Assembly (NCBI GenBank): GCA_951406725.2
Contig: OX597817.1
Location: forward strand, 114,018,001-114,082,000
Reading direction: 5' to 3'
DNA length: 64,000 bases
DNA from: Octopus vulgaris
Lineage: Eukaryota
Shown here: one piece after another, positions 39,573 to 53,561 of the stretch
How the letters are laid out: the number at the start of each line of letters is the position of its first letter
Position numbering within the stretch: position 1 is the first letter of the stretch
Made by a program: the position numbers and the translations under genes
Notes under the pieces: model-generated
The model's input: only the letters and a program-made list of their open reading frames with translations
What the model was told of the DNA's origin: nothing
The model's database searches: none

Positions 39573-40984
39573 CGTGTGTAGTTAATTACAGAAGTTCTCT
39601 ATTCAAGTGTACAATGGAGAAAAGGGAAAGAGTCGACAACAACAATAGCAACACCAATAACCTCAACAACAACAATGACAAGCAGCAACTAATGAAATAA
39701 TAAAGGAATCTCTTTACATGGTTTGCTTGATCTGCTAGAAATAACTGTGAAATTTCCTTCAAATCTAAACTATCTTAATATAAGGACAAATTGCATTAGA
39801 TAATGTAGTCCTAAAAACAGATGGGGGTGGCCAAGACCTGAATGCTTTTGATTGTAGGTTTGCTCAATTGAAGTTTATCAGGGACTAAACATCAATAGCA
39901 GCAATACTACCACCATCAAATTCAGTAATGCAGTACTAGATACACAATATCTTAAAAAAAAATAAAGGGATGGGATGCTGGATTAGGGCTGACTCAGGGT
40001 TAAACAACAACAACAGCAACAACAACAATGATACCAATAGGAATAGTACTAATAACTACAGCAATAGTACCGATTGCAGTGAATTGGCAGAATTGTTAGA
40101 GTGTTAGACAAATTAAAATGTCCTGGCTCTTTGCATCCTGAGTTCAAATCTTGTTGAGGTTAGTCTTATCTTTTATCTATCCAGGACAATAATATACATT
40201 AACTGAATTGTTAAAAAATTGGCTAAAATACCTTTTGATATTGAACTGATTCTTTACATTCTAGGTTGAAATCTTCCAGGGTTAATTAAAAATATACAGA
40301 TCCATCCAGGGTAACGGATTATCTAAATTATGAGAGTGTTGGACAAAATGCTTTGTAAAATTCATTTCAACTTAAAGAGGCCAGATAACAGATTTGTTAG
40401 CACACTGGGCAAAATGCTTAGTGGAATTTTGTCTGTGTTTACGTTGTGAGCTCAACTTCATCTGAGGTCGATTTTGCCTTTCCTTCTTTTGGGGGTCAAT
40501 AAAATAAGTAGCATTTGAACTCTGGGATAACCAACTTACCCATTTCCTGAAACTTGAAGGCCTTGGGCCAAAAATTGAGACCAATACATGTTTCAGTTGA
40601 TGCAGCGAACTGACAGAATCGTTAGCACGCTGGGCAAAATGCTTAGTGGTATTTCATTCTTCTTTATGTTCTGAGTTCAAATTCTGCCAAGGTCAACTTT
40701 GCCTTTTATCCTTTTGGGGTTTATAAAATAATTTTATAAAATTGATGTAATCGACTTACCCTATCTCCCAGAATTGTTTCAGCTACTTATGTTCTGAATT
40801 CCACTGCAACAACCTTTGTATTAAGTTGTATCAGTCCTTCCTTCTCCCTTGAACAACATTAGTGGTGTGGAGAAGGATGACTTGTTGCATTGTCTACTGC
40901 TAGGCTTCCATAAAAAAGCCTCTACCAAAAAAAAAAAACCTTGAGGAAGTCTGCCCCCTCTCAAGTGCTGGTTGAAGATTAACC

Positions 40985-41370
40985 AAGCGTCCTGAGAGAA
41001 AAGTTGGACATAAGAAGCATAAAATTTGGTGTGCAAGAGAGATGACTGTGCTGGTATGGTCATGTATTACGTATAGATGAGGACAGCTGAGTGAAGAAGT
41101 ATCACACCCTAACAGTGGAGGGAACCTGTAGAAGAGGTAGACCTAGGAAGACCTGGGATGAGGTGGTGAAGCAAGACCTTCAAATGTTAGGCCTCACAAA
41201 GGCAATGACAAGCAACTGAGACCTTTGGAGATATGCTGTCCTTGAGAAGTGAGATTGTAGCCATGGCCTATGCCAGTGTTGCATAACTGGCCCATTTAAG
41301 AGTAGCCTTCAGTCATCGGGTAATATGCTGTGCTTGAGAAGACTTGTTGAGCCAAGTGAAATTGTTGTCA
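40985..41370 (+). mobile_element. RTE LINE C-terminal fragment
   Basis: LREKLDIRSI...WYGHVLRIDEDS*VKKYHTLTVEGTCRRGRPRKTWDEVVKQDL; homologous to 28993-29290. Confidence 0.85.
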
Positions 41371-41869
41371 TGAAAGGCAAAACTGACCTTGGCGGAATTT
41401 GATCTCAGAGCATGAAGACAGATGAAATACTGCTAAGCATTTCACCTGGTGTGCTAATGTTTCTGCCAGCTCACTGCCTTCAAATATTATTGCATCAAAT
41501 ATGCTGGTACCTACTTGCCTATTGACAATATTAGTGTAACCGAAGGCAGTGAGCTAGCAGAGTCATTAGCACTCCTGGCAAACTGCTTAGTGGCATTTTG
41601 TCCATCTTTCTGTTCTAAGTTCAAATTCCACTGAGGTCAACTTTGCCTTTTGTCCTTTTGAGTTGATAAAATAAATACCACTTGAGCACTGTGATTTAAC
41701 TGACTTGGCCTCTTCTCTGAAATTGCTGGTCTTGTGCCAAAATTTGAAACCAATATTAGTGTAATCGTTGTATCAGTGGTGTTAGTGTTGGTGTTGCTAT
41801 TAGTAGTCTTTGTTGTTATTGTGGCAATGTTGCTACTGTGGTAGTAATGTGGTTGAGTTATTGTTGTAG

Positions 41870-42210
41870 TTGAATGCATGGCTCAATGGTTTGAGCATCG
41901 GGCTCACAATTATGAGGTAGCAAGTTTGATTCCTGGTCTGGGCTGTGTCTTGTATTCTTGAGCAAGACACTTTATTTTCACGATGCTCCAGTTCACTCAG
42001 TAGTACAAATGAGTTGCGATGTCACTGACGTCAAGCTGTATCAGACTTTGCCTTTCCCTTGGATAACATAAGTGGCATGGCGGTGGGAGACTGGTATGCA
42101 TGGGCAAATGCTTGTCTACCATAAACAACCTTGCTCGGGCTTGTGCCTTGGAGGGTAACTTACTATGTGCAATCCCATGGCCATTCATGACTGAAGGGGG
42201 TCTTTACCCT
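41870..42210 (+). mobile_element. SINE family D
   Basis: Homology to 23671-24002. Confidence 0.85.
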
Positions 42211-42524
42211 TTACCCTGAAGTGTTGATGGTATTAGTGTTGTTACTGTTTTAATGGGCACCGATTGTATTTGTTCAGTTAATCATTGTTGAGATAGTAAT
42301 ATTGACGGTAATGGTGTTGTTTGCTATTGCTTACCGTCATGTATTGGTTTTTGAGATGGAAGTGTTGATGATGAGGATGGTGTGCTATTAGTAGTACTAG
42401 TGTATTAACTATTGAGGTGAAAGTGACTATACTAGTAGTATTGCTATTCGTAATATAAATGCATTTGAATTAGTTGTTGTGATAGGGGTGTTGATGTTGG
42501 TCATGCTATTTTTACCTTTTTTGC

Positions 42525-42911
42525 CTTTTTACTTGTTATGGTCATTAGACTGTCGCCAGGCTGGGGCACTTCCTTGAAGAATTTTAGTCAAATGAATCAA
42601 ACCCAGTACTTATTTTTTCCAAGCATGGTACTTGTTTTATTTGTCTCTTTTGCCAAGCCATTAAGTTACAGGGATGTAAGCACACCAACACCAGTTGTCA
42701 AGCAGTATTGGGGGACAAATACAGACACAAAGACACACACACACACACACACACTCTCACATTGGGCTTCTTTCAGTTTACCTCTACCAAATCCTGCAAG
42801 GCTTAGGTCAGCTCCAGGCTATAGCAGAGGACATTTGCCCAGGGTGTCATGCAATGGGATTGAACCTGGAATCATGTAGTTAGCAAGAAAACTTCTTACC
42901 ATGCAGCCATA
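42525..42911 (-). mobile_element. SINE family A, diverged
   Basis: Homology to the other copies. Confidence 0.8.
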
Positions 42912-43989
42912 TGACATTAGTGTACTAATGGTGACATCATGATGGTGCTTTTGCTATTGGTACTATTTACGTCATTGAATTAATTATTTTAGTAATATTG
43001 GTAGTATTGTTGCTATTGGTTATCTTTTTTGTTAATGATGGTTTTTTTATTGTGTGATATTTGCATGGGCATACTGGTTGCTATTGTTGTTATAGTTTTG
43101 TTATTGATAGTGTTAAATGTTGTCCTATTAGTTGTTGTGATTGTGGTGATTGATGATGTTGCTAATGTTGGTGTGTGTGTGTGTGTGGGGGGTGTGTGTA
43201 TTAGTGTAGTTGTGTTGGCGGTGTTGTTGCTGATAGAGATTCTTCTCCTTTCCTCTCCTTCTGACATTATTGTTCAATAATTCTTCAAATTATCTTTTTG
43301 TTTGATCATTGTCTTGTTAAAACATGAATTTTGCCCCATCACCTTCCTCTGCCAGCAGTCATTGTGGTGGAACTATCTGATGTAATAGAGAAGAGGTGGG
43401 GAAATGAGAGAGAAATGGAGAGAGAGAGAGAGAAAGAGAGAGAAAGAGAGAAAGAAAGAGAGAGAGAGAGACAAAGAAAGAGGGAGAGACAAATGAGAAA
43501 AGTTGCAAAGAATATTGAGAGGGAAAGTTAGAAAATTAGAAATGGAATCATTTGTTAGCTGATGGTGATATTCAAGGAGTAGAAGAGAAAGAGTGAATAG
43601 GAGTTAATTAATATGAGAGTGAAGAAGAATGAGAAAAAGAGAGAGAGAGAGAGAAGATAGATAGCTTGATAGAAAGTGTAATGGAGGAAAGGAGAAAATG
43701 AAAGAGAATAAGGAGAGTAAGTCATGGCAAGGAGAAGGTTAAAAAGAAGAGAGAAGTATATTGGAGAGAGGGGGCAAATTGAATTTAATGAAATTTCATG
43801 AAAGTCATCTTAATTTTTCTTTTAAAATAATGGAAATTTTAAAAGCGCATGAAGTACCAATATATATTTTGAGGAAAAGAATGTGTTGTTTTGTGGTAGA
43901 AGTTATAGTTTGTAGTAGGGACATTGTTTGCGGTTGAATATATAATATGGAGTAGTAACTGTAGAGTGGGGGGAAAAATATGCGTAGAA

Positions 43990-44204
43990 GATAATAATAA
44001 TAAAACATTGTGTACAGTGCTCAGGTGCACTACAACTCATCTAAAGTGTATGCATAGTACATAGGGTAATGTACAAGCGTCAGGAAAAGAACAGTGCATG
44101 AGTCATGACATACACATATGTGTATGAGTATGGAAGGGGGACAATCAGGTGTAGTTTCGGCGGATTTCGGAAAGCACGAGGGCCTTAAAGGATGCAGTGT
44201 TAAG
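43990..44204 (-). mobile_element. CR1-like LINE 3' end
   Basis: LNTASFKALVLSEIRRNYT* followed by a short UTR and (TTA)n tail. Confidence 0.5.
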
Positions 44205-44282
44205 ATAACATAGTTTGCAGTGGAAAGTATACTTTGGGGTAGATGTAGAATACTTTGTTGGTGGTAGAATATATATAGCTCA

Positions 44283-44511
44283 AAGGCGGCGAGCTGGCAG
44301 AATCGTTAGCATGCCGGGCGAAATGCTTTGTGGTATTTCGTCTGCCGCTGCGTTCTGAGTTCAAATTCCGCCAAGGTCGACTTTGCCTTTCATCCTTTCG
44401 GGGTCGATAAATTAAGTACCAGTGATGCACTGGGGTCGATGTAATTGACTTAGTCCCATTGTCCTTGTTTGTCCCCTCTGTGTTTAGCCCCTTGTGGGTA
44501 ATAAAGAATGA
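44283..44511 (+). mobile_element. SINE family B, full-length with TSD
   Basis: Perfect 15-bp TSD AATATATATAGCTCA (44268-44282, 44512-44526); B-box GAGTTCAAATTC; central GTCGACTTTGCCTTTCATCCTTTCGGGGTCGATAAA. Many older partial copies elsewhere (e.g. 10595, 12555, 13640, 20611, 21960, 40400, 41370, 41543). Confidence 0.93.
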
Positions 44512-45021
44512 AATATATATAGCTCATGACAGAAGATCCAATTTATGGCAGAAAATAGTTTGTGGTAGAAGACATTTTGTGGTAGCTAATGTATTTTCTG
44601 CTTGAACTTATAGATTTTAATAAATATATGGTTCATGGTTTAACCCTTTTGCATTTAAACCAGCCATACCCAGCCCAGATATTCTACTTGTTTTATGTTC
44701 AAACCAACCAGATACAGTGTGACACACCTATCCTACAATGTCATTCTAAAAGTTAGCAGTTACATCATCAGCACCTCAATGCTACAAAATAATGCATTAT
44801 TAATTGAAAATAATGTGAAAAAATAAGCATTATATTTTTATATTTGACAGAGTAACCTGAATGCTAAAGGATTAATAAGTATTTTGTGGTAGAATATGTA
44901 CAGTACAGTTTTTTTGTAGGTGTTATAAATTGTAGAAAAAAGCATAGATTGTGTGAGAAAATATAGTTTATAAAAGAAGATATAATTTGAAGTAGATGTC
45001 ATAGTTTCATTGTAATTTTTC

Positions 45022-45434
45022 ATCATTTTAACATCCACTTTCCCATGCTTATATGAGTTGGATGAAGTTTATTAGGGCAGATTTTCTATGGCTGGATGCC
45101 CTTCCTGTGGCCAACCTTTGCCTGTCTCCGAGTAAAGTAATATTTTCTCATGACCAGATTTACTCTCACAGAATATTGGAAATGAATGACACTGGTCATA
45201 TGACAGCAACAATCACATGACACAAGGTGACATAAACTTTCTCTTTCTCTCTCACACACAAACATACACACACACTCATACATACTTCTCTCAGTTTCCA
45301 TCTACAAAATCCACTTGCAAGGCGTTTGTTGGTCCAAATCTATAGTAGAAGATATTTGCCCATGGTGTCATGCAGTAGGACTGAACTTGCAACCATGTGG
45401 TAAGAACCAAATTTCTTACCACACAGCCATGCCT
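45022..45434 (-). mobile_element. SINE family C (family-A head, RTE-like tail)
   Basis: Head as family A; distinct body; 3' end GGAAGGGCATCCAGCC...GGATGTTAAAATGATGA as in the RTE UTR. Copies at 24365, 27897, 58857, 60826. Confidence 0.8.
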
Positions 45435-46507
45435 TCACCTGTAGCCATGCTTGCATCTCTAATTTGTAATAGAAAATATAGTTTTGTAGTTGAAAATGTT
45501 ATTTGTGGTAGAAAACACAGTATTGATAAAATATACATTGTGGTGGAAAATTTAGTTTATGATAGAATTTATATATAGTGGTAAAGGATGTAGTTTGCAG
45601 TAGATATTATTTGTGGTAGAAGATACATGTTGTGGTTGGCAACATAGTTTTGGTAGAAAATATTGTTTTGTGGTACAATACAATATTTGTGGTAGAAGAC
45701 AGTATTTGTTTGAAAATGTAGTTTGTAATACATTATATATTTTGTGTTAGAATATGTAGTTTTTAGTAAAAGTTATAATTGTTGTTGAATGTATTTTGTG
45801 GAACATTACATAGTTTATGGTCGGTGTTATAATTTGTGGTAGAAGGCTTAAGGCATATTTTGTGAAAAAAGACAGTTTGTGATAGAAAATATTTGTGGTA
45901 GAAACTGTAGTTTGTAGTACAAAATATAGTATGTGGTAAAGTATGTATTTTGTGGTAGGAGACATATCTGTGTTAAGAGACAGTATGATAGAAAACAATT
46001 TCGTCAGTGGATGTGAAGAACTTTCAGTAAATTAAAACTTGATTTAAATTGATTTTCGCCTTGGATTACTTACACTTCATGGTGGTATAAGATACAGTTT
46101 GTGGTGGATAGCATAGTCATAAAAGATATCATTTGTTCTAGAAAATACAGTTTTGGAGTAGAAAATATAGTTGGTTGTAGAAAAAAAAAAAGTGTTTGTG
46201 CTTGAAGATATAGTTGGTAGCAGTAATTGTAATTTAGCTCCAGTTCAGTTATCACTGATATGATCTATTCCAGTTCTGACCATCCTTTGTTAATTAGGCA
46301 CAGTAAATTCCAGATTATTTTAACCAGTATGTTTTTTTTTAAGGATGGCTTGAGAGAATTTGACTGTTATTGATAGATGATGTAATTGGTGGTATTTGAA
46401 CAGAGTTACTGCTGTTGTTTCTTAACCCCAGGATAGTTCTGATCCAACTGATCTGTCTTTCTTTTTTTATTAAGCATAATGAATCTCCAGATCACATTTA
46501 ACAAACA

Positions 46508-46920
46508 GGCACAGGCATGACTGTGTGGTAAGAAGTTAGCTTCCCAACCACATGGTTTTGGGTTCAGTCCCACTGCATGGCATCTTAATCAAGTACCTTC
46601 TACTATAGCCTTGGGCTGAATAAAGCCTTGTGAGTGGATTTGGTAGATGGAAACTGAAAGAAGCTTGTTGTGTATATATATCTATATATATATCTACATG
46701 TGTGTGTGTCTTTGTGTTTGTGTTTATTTCTCACCACCACTTGACAACAAGTGATGGTTTGTTTACATCCCTGTAACTTAGTGGTTTAGCAAATGAGACT
46801 GGTAGAATAAGTGCTGGAGCCATTTTATTTGACTAAAAATTCTTCAAGGTGTTGCCACAGCATGGCTGCAGTCTGATGATTAAAACAACTAGAAGATGCG
46901 AGATAAAAGATAAAAGATAA
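46508..46920 (+). mobile_element. SINE family A (older, GATAAAA tail)
   Basis: Homology to the other copies. Confidence 0.85.
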
Positions 46921-47584
46921 GACAGATTTTTTGAGAGAGATCATTTATCACTGTCTCTAGCAGGTTGAAAAATCAACTCCTTTCTCATTGGTTAATAATG
47001 TTCATAACAACAGATGTTGTTTGTGGTAGAAGATATAATTAATGTGTTAAGGTACTGCAATTACTACTTGGTTTGCTACAATAAATGATATAAAAAAACT
47101 ACCTCAACAATCTGTAAATAAGTGGTAATAAAACTTAGTAAATAAAGCCTGATTAAAAATACCTTCATCTTCAGTTATTCACATCTTAAGGCAAGAAAAG
47201 ATACAATTTGTGATACACAACATATTTTGTGTTAGACAGCACCATTAATTTGATGTAGAAAATATACTCTGTGGTAGAAGGCAGTTTATGATTGGAAGAA
47301 TAGTGAACAGTTTGTGATTAACCTATTTGTTACTGTATTTCTGTTGAATTATAGTGCTTTGTTTCAATTAATTTTGAAAATAATGAAGAATTTGCTAAAA
47401 TAACTGTATCATTATTATTTAGCTGGTGTTTAGAACATATATTAATGTGAAATTTTAAAGAAAGGTTTTAATATAAATTGTTTTAAAACAAGAAGTTTGT
47501 AGTTTGTATCATACCACTAAGGGGTTGGTTTACAAAGAGATTAAATATTAGATATACATACATGTAAAAGGACTGTCAGATTGC

Positions 47585-49469
47585 ATAATACTGATTCGAA
47601 ATACCTATGTTTAAGAGCGTGTTTGTTTGTGGTGTTGTTAGCTAACTCATCCAACATCGTTTTATTGATTTTGATGAAGCTTGACACGTAAGTAAAACTC
47701 ATGTCTAGAAATCTTGTGATATACTTAGATTATTGAAAAAATTGATAATATGGCCCCTGGAATGGATCTTTCTATCTTTCTCATAACTATTTTTTTTAAA
47801 CATCCAAGGGAAGTAACCCATAGCATCTGCACAATATTTTTTTTAAACACTCAAGGGAAATAACCCATAGCACCTGTGCTTACAGTTGTTTTTAGCGAAG
47901 CAATCAATATTTGATTCTCACGATCAAACCTTATTATTGCACTTTCTTGATGAATGTTCACTTTCAATGCCCATAACTCTGATAATTCTGCATTTTTCCA
48001 GTTAAGATTTTTCGATGACACTACATAAATTTTTGATTCCAGAACGTATTTAATAAGTGTGTCCCAAACCAATGAACTCAGACTTTGAATGCTTAAAATT
48101 CTTAAAAAAATGAAACCAAACTTCCACACCACATTCAGTTGGGACACCCTGTATCACTTATACTTATTTTACAAATCATAATATTTATTGCTTATTTACA
48201 GTTCATACAACATTTTCATGAAACTAATTGAGCCATCGAATTTAGAAATATTTTACAGGTTTCACTGTTTATCTTTGGTTACTTTGAATATTAATTTTTT
48301 TGTGTCCAATTTCTAATTTTTGCAGACGATATCACTTTTATACTTTATTTGACATGTGAGTAGAACTCATGCCTGGAAACCTCATGACATACTTAGATTG
48401 TTGAAAAAAATCGATAATAGGGCCCCTCTAATGGATCCATCTATCTGCTACATATTACTAGTATTTTATTTAAACAACCCAAGGGAAATAATCCATACCA
48501 CCTGCAGTTCTCAGCGAAGCAATCAATACTTGATTCTCACAATCAGCCGACCTAATTCTGCATTTCACTACTCACAGTTTTGAACTGCTAAACATTAATA
48601 TTGCACTTCCTTGATTTGAATCTTAAACCTTAAAGACTTCATTCATACATTTCTATACATACATAGTTTTTTGAATTCCCATTACTCCGATAATTCTGCA
48701 TTTTTACAGTTACATTTTTTCCATGACAGTAGATAAATTTTCTATTCCACAACGTATCTGTAGTGGCTTCATGTAGGCATAGCATGAATTTGATCCTTGA
48801 TTGCCAAATCTCACTTAAAATTTCAACATCGCTTTTCTCACCGTAAAACAATAGTTTTTCTGTGAATGACAGCAGTTATACATTTCCCAGATGCCTTCAC
48901 TAAGCAGAATAATGTCTTTGCCACTTGACCCTTCTAACCTCTTCTAGGCCACCAGGAGCTGGAATGGAGATAAGAGACCTCCAACAAAATCATTTGTTCT
49001 TAGCAATATGTCTATCCTTCTGGCTGCTTTTTCATAGTTATAAAAACAAGAACTCCGTAAGCTAAAGGCAGTTACTGAGAGTGACTATCAGTGAGTGTGA
49101 ATGTTATTATTGCACTTTCTTCATTTCATTCTTAAACATTAAACACTTCATTCATATATTTATATACATATATACTACATTTATATATCACATTTAATAA
49201 ATTAGCCTTCATAAAGTTCACCTTTAAAATGCCATGACGAGTCAGTACTTTCTTGCCAACCTCCAAAAACCTCTCTCGCCAACCTCCAAAAACCTCTCTT
49301 GCCAACCTCCAACAATCTCTCTCTTCTCTAGTTGACAGTTTTTTGTACTTTTTGTGACAGAAAATACACCTTTTGTGTCAGTCATAATGAAATTGCTTAC
49401 TTATGTCAGAGTAATAAGGTATTTCAATAGAACATCGTTACCTCTGGGAATTGCCTGGTACACGAGCTA

Positions 49470-49470
<1 letters not shown>
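47585..49470 (+). mobile_element. Probable non-autonomous Helitron-like element
   Basis: 5' GTTTGTTTGT and GATTTTGATGAAGCTTGACAC motifs, internal direct duplication, 3' GC-richer imperfect hairpin then GCTAG|T; no TSD. 5' end approximate. Confidence 0.45.
48055..48153. mobile_element. Small Tc1/mariner-type MITE
   Basis: GTGTCCCAA ... TTGGGACACCCTGta inverted ends. Confidence 0.5.
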
Positions 49471-49527
<57 letters not shown>

Positions 49528-49586
49528 GTATATATGTATGTATGTATGTATATATGTATGTATGTATATATATATATATATATATA

Positions 49587-49941
49587 AATCCAATTTGATG
49601 ACTGGCATCTGTGCTAGTGGAGCGCTAAGAGCACCATCCGAATGTGTTCATTGTCAGAGCAGCTAACTGGCTTCTATGCTGGTGGCATGTAAAACACACC
49701 ATTCAAGCGTGATCGTTACCAGCGTCACCTTACTGGCACTTATGCCGGTGGCATGTGAAAAAATATTCGAGCAAGATCGTTGCCAGTGCCACTAGACTGG
49801 CTCCTGTGCAGGTGGCATGTAAAAAACACCATTTGAGCATTGTCGTTGCCAGTACCGCCTGACTGGCCCTTGTGCTGGTGGCATGTAAAAGCACCTACTA
49901 CACTCTTAGCGTGGTTGGCGTTAGGAAGAACATCCAGCTCT
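49587..49941 (+). mobile_element. RTE LINE 3' UTR fragment (different subfamily), five repeat units
   Basis: Units such as ATGCTGGTGGCATGTAAAACACACC, then GTTGGCGTTAGGAAGAACATCCAGC. Confidence 0.85.
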
Positions 49942-52137
49942 GACCTCAGACATTTGAGAACACGCTGTTTCAGAATGATGCCATCATTAACTCATCTGTA
50001 ATCGTATTTCTAATAGAATACACTGTCCTAATGTTTCAATTAATCCTGAAAATAACGAAGCAATTGAAGGGATTTAGTAAAATAATTAATAGTTCCTTTA
50101 TTAAAACGGTGTTTAGAATATTACAAAGTGTTCTTACATAAAATCATTATAGAATGTTTACATTTAGATATAAGCACATTAAAATGGATGGTTTTATATT
50201 GTAGAATCAGGAATGCTTCAGATGGTTTGGTAATGAAAAGTTTAATAAAGTAGATATCAAGGTTATGAAATACAAGTCAATCCTTCAGCAGTTTACTTGT
50301 CTACATGCGTCTAACACACGTGTCTAACATTCCTCCACAGCAGAAGTGTTAGGGCCACTCTCCCTGGTGAAGAAGATTGGCCTGCTAGTGTGGAGTACCA
50401 GTACCACATAGAAAGTGCTTGTGCCAGTGCTACATATAAAGCACTCATGCCATGCCATGTTAAAAGCACCCAGCAGACACTGCAATGTAGTTGGTATTAG
50501 GAAAGGCTGTAAAAACCAAGCCAAATCAGAATGGAATTTGGTGCAGCTCTTCAGCTTGCCAACTCTGGTAAACTGTCCCGCTCATGCCAGAATGGAAAAT
50601 AGACACTAAAGAATGATGATGATGTGTATAACAGCAGTATCCAACCATTGAAAAAAACTTGAATTGAAGAGTATATTATTGGAATTTTTTTTTTTTTTTT
50701 AAGTTATTCAGCTGCTAGTAATGTATGCCAAACAACTGCCTTGCTGTCACCTAAATGTCTGATTTATCTTCATTTTCTAATAGATTTCTCTGCAGACTTT
50801 TGCAGTATCAATATCCTTAATGAAACCCCAGTTCAGCTATGTGAGTAGACAAAGTCATATAACTCATAATTTATACCAGTTACTGCCCAAACAAAATTTC
50901 CACAGAAAATGTTTCAAAGAATGTTGCAAAATGTATTTCAAAACCACCTTGAAAAGATTGGAATTGCTAAACAGTTCACAAAAACATTACAATTTTTGAG
51001 AACAATAGAGCGACCACAGGAATAACAGAGAATCAAAAGAATTTTAGGTTCAGAATGCCCGGGATATTTTTGCATCCCAAACATTGCTATTACCAGCTGT
51101 CTGCTATCTACATTATATATATATATATATATATATGTATTTATTTGATAAACATTTCTCTCATTTTGAGAAAAAGAAATTTGTAAATATAAAAAACCCC
51201 AGTAAATATTGGTTCACAGCAGTCAAAAGAGCAAAGTATAATTGCAGTAAAAAATGTTTATAATTGACTTTCTCATCTGTTATCAAAATATTAAACAATA
51301 AAGACTAAGTTGATATATAATACGTACATACATGTGTGTGTGTGCGTGTGTGTGTTACTAGAACCACCTGGGACAAAACAGACAAATAGCAGTTTTGATA
51401 AATGTATTTTTTGTCAAACCTTTATTTACAAAGTGATTGTTTTATTTATATATTTTCTTCCATTTGTTTTGCATATGTGTTATTATGTGAGTGCCATAAT
51501 ATGAAACAAATGGTGTGAGTAAGAGTTGGAAGATGGGAAGATTATTTTCCATTTGTTTGGCTTTAGGGAATTTTTTTTTTCTTTCTTGAATTAAAGTTTT
51601 TATATTTCACATCAAAATATAAATATTTTTATAAGATTGTTTCTTTTATTTATTATTTACCTACTTTTATTGAAAAATAAACAAACGAAAAAAGAAACAA
51701 GAACGTTAACTTGAGAAAAACAGTTCAGCACCATATGAAACCATTATTAAAGACATGATTCTTTATCTCCTCATTCAGAGTTTCATTAAGCTAAATTTTC
51801 TTACATGAAATAATATAAACCATTCAGAGAAATCACTGTTTTCTATTATATGCAGCCAGCATGGCCAACACGTATAGTTCTTTAAAACTCACAAAGGCTG
51901 TCTAAGATTTTATCCTTTAAAGTTCTGAAGAAACTAAAGAAGCAATGAAATATTTTATCCTAAACATGATATCATATGGAAAATGTTAATAATATATAAA
52001 AACAAGCAAACAAAAATCAATTAAAAATATTTATATAAGAATATGAATGAATATGGATACATACATACACACACATATACACACATACATACACGTATAT
52101 ATGTGTGTATATGTATATATGTGTACACATATATATG

Positions 52138-52206
<69 letters not shown>

Positions 52207-52366
52207 AAAAATATATATGAAAATACAAAATGGGACAAGAATGCAAAACATTCAAATAGACGACACAAAAAATGGACGGGTCATTCGAAGCCTCTAATCT
52301 TCAGTCAAGAACCGGATCATCCTTGCAAGAGGATGCGTGGCAGTCAATCATATAATAATATAAATA

Positions 52367-52415
<49 letters not shown>

Positions 52416-52491
52416 GTATACATACATACGTATATCTTTACATACATACATATGCATATATATAAGCATGTATACATGCGTATATCTATCT

Positions 52492-52561
<70 letters not shown>

Positions 52562-52562
52562 T

Positions 52563-53170
52563 ATGGTGGCACAGGACGTCACAAAACATGTACAACAAAA
52601 AAATATGAAGCATGAGTACATGGAACGTGAACTATTCTTTCAAACAATGTAAGACACACATGGGAAACAAAACAAACAACATAAAGAACGACCTTTCATC
52701 AGTTGTTGGCTGTTTTTCTAGTCTTGTATTTCGAGCATTTAACAACAATATACGCTTTCAATAAAACAGTTACTCTTGCAATGCAAATTAAATAAAATTT
52801 GGGATTTTGCTGAGGATCAAAATTGGTAACACAAACAAGACTGAAAACAAACAAGAAGGGCTGCTAAGCCTAAATGAGGTTGTGGTGCAAATGCATAAAT
52901 CAAGCTAGGACAGGAGACAAACAAAAACATGTCTTCCTTGTTCCAGCTACAATGTAGAGAAAGAAAGATGCCCGATAGTCATGTGGCAGCCACGTGAGCA
53001 AGGGAGGAGGAGTGAGGGAGAGTGAGTGACAGAGTAATAGGATAGAATAGTGGGAGAAGAAGAGGTAAAAGAATAAGAGAGAAAAACAAAAGAGTAAAAA
53101 GATCGTATAGTGTGCACATCAGAATTATTTAAGATAAAACTTACTTGGAAGAGGATATGTGGCATTCAGT
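52563..53170. mobile_element. TA-run-associated repeat, partly duplicated at 53628-53728 (possibly Penelope-like)
   Basis: GGCACAGGAC(G/A)TCACAAAA...GAGTACATGGAA block occurs twice, each time starting at a TA-rich run. Confidence 0.5.
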
Positions 53171-53200
53171 CATACAATAATATAAATAATATATATATAT

Positions 53201-53561
53201 AGGCGCAGGAGTGGCTGTGTGGTAAGTAGCTTGCTTACCAACCACATGGTTCCGGGTTCAGTCCCACTGCGTGGCACCTTGGGCAAGTGTCTTCTACTAT
53301 AGCCTCGGGCCGACAAAAGCCTTGTGAGTGGATTTGGTAGACGGAAACTGAAAGAAGCCCGTCGTATATATGTATATATATATATATATATATGTGCGTG
53401 TGTGTTTGTGTCCCTGTCACTTAGCGGTTCAGCAAAAGAGACCAATAGAATAAGTACTGGGCTTACAAAGAATAAGTCCCGGGGTCGAGTTGCTCAATTA
53501 AAGGTGGTGCTCCAGCATGGCCACAGTCAAATGACTGAAACAAGTAAAAGAGTAAAAGAGT
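53201..53561 (+). mobile_element. SINE family A, young, with internal deletion
   Basis: Near-consensus head; about 45 bp missing between two GTCCC microhomologies. Confidence 0.92.

Larger units (their letters stand above)
43880..47300. repeat. Degenerate ~20-bp minisatellite (core TTTGTGGTAGAA) interrupted by TEs
   Basis: Core recurs many times, densest at 45480-46210. Confidence 0.7.

Noticed and set aside
52690-52745. Minus-strand CUGAUGA near a GAAA
   Set aside because: No consistent stems for a type I, II or III topology could be drawn.
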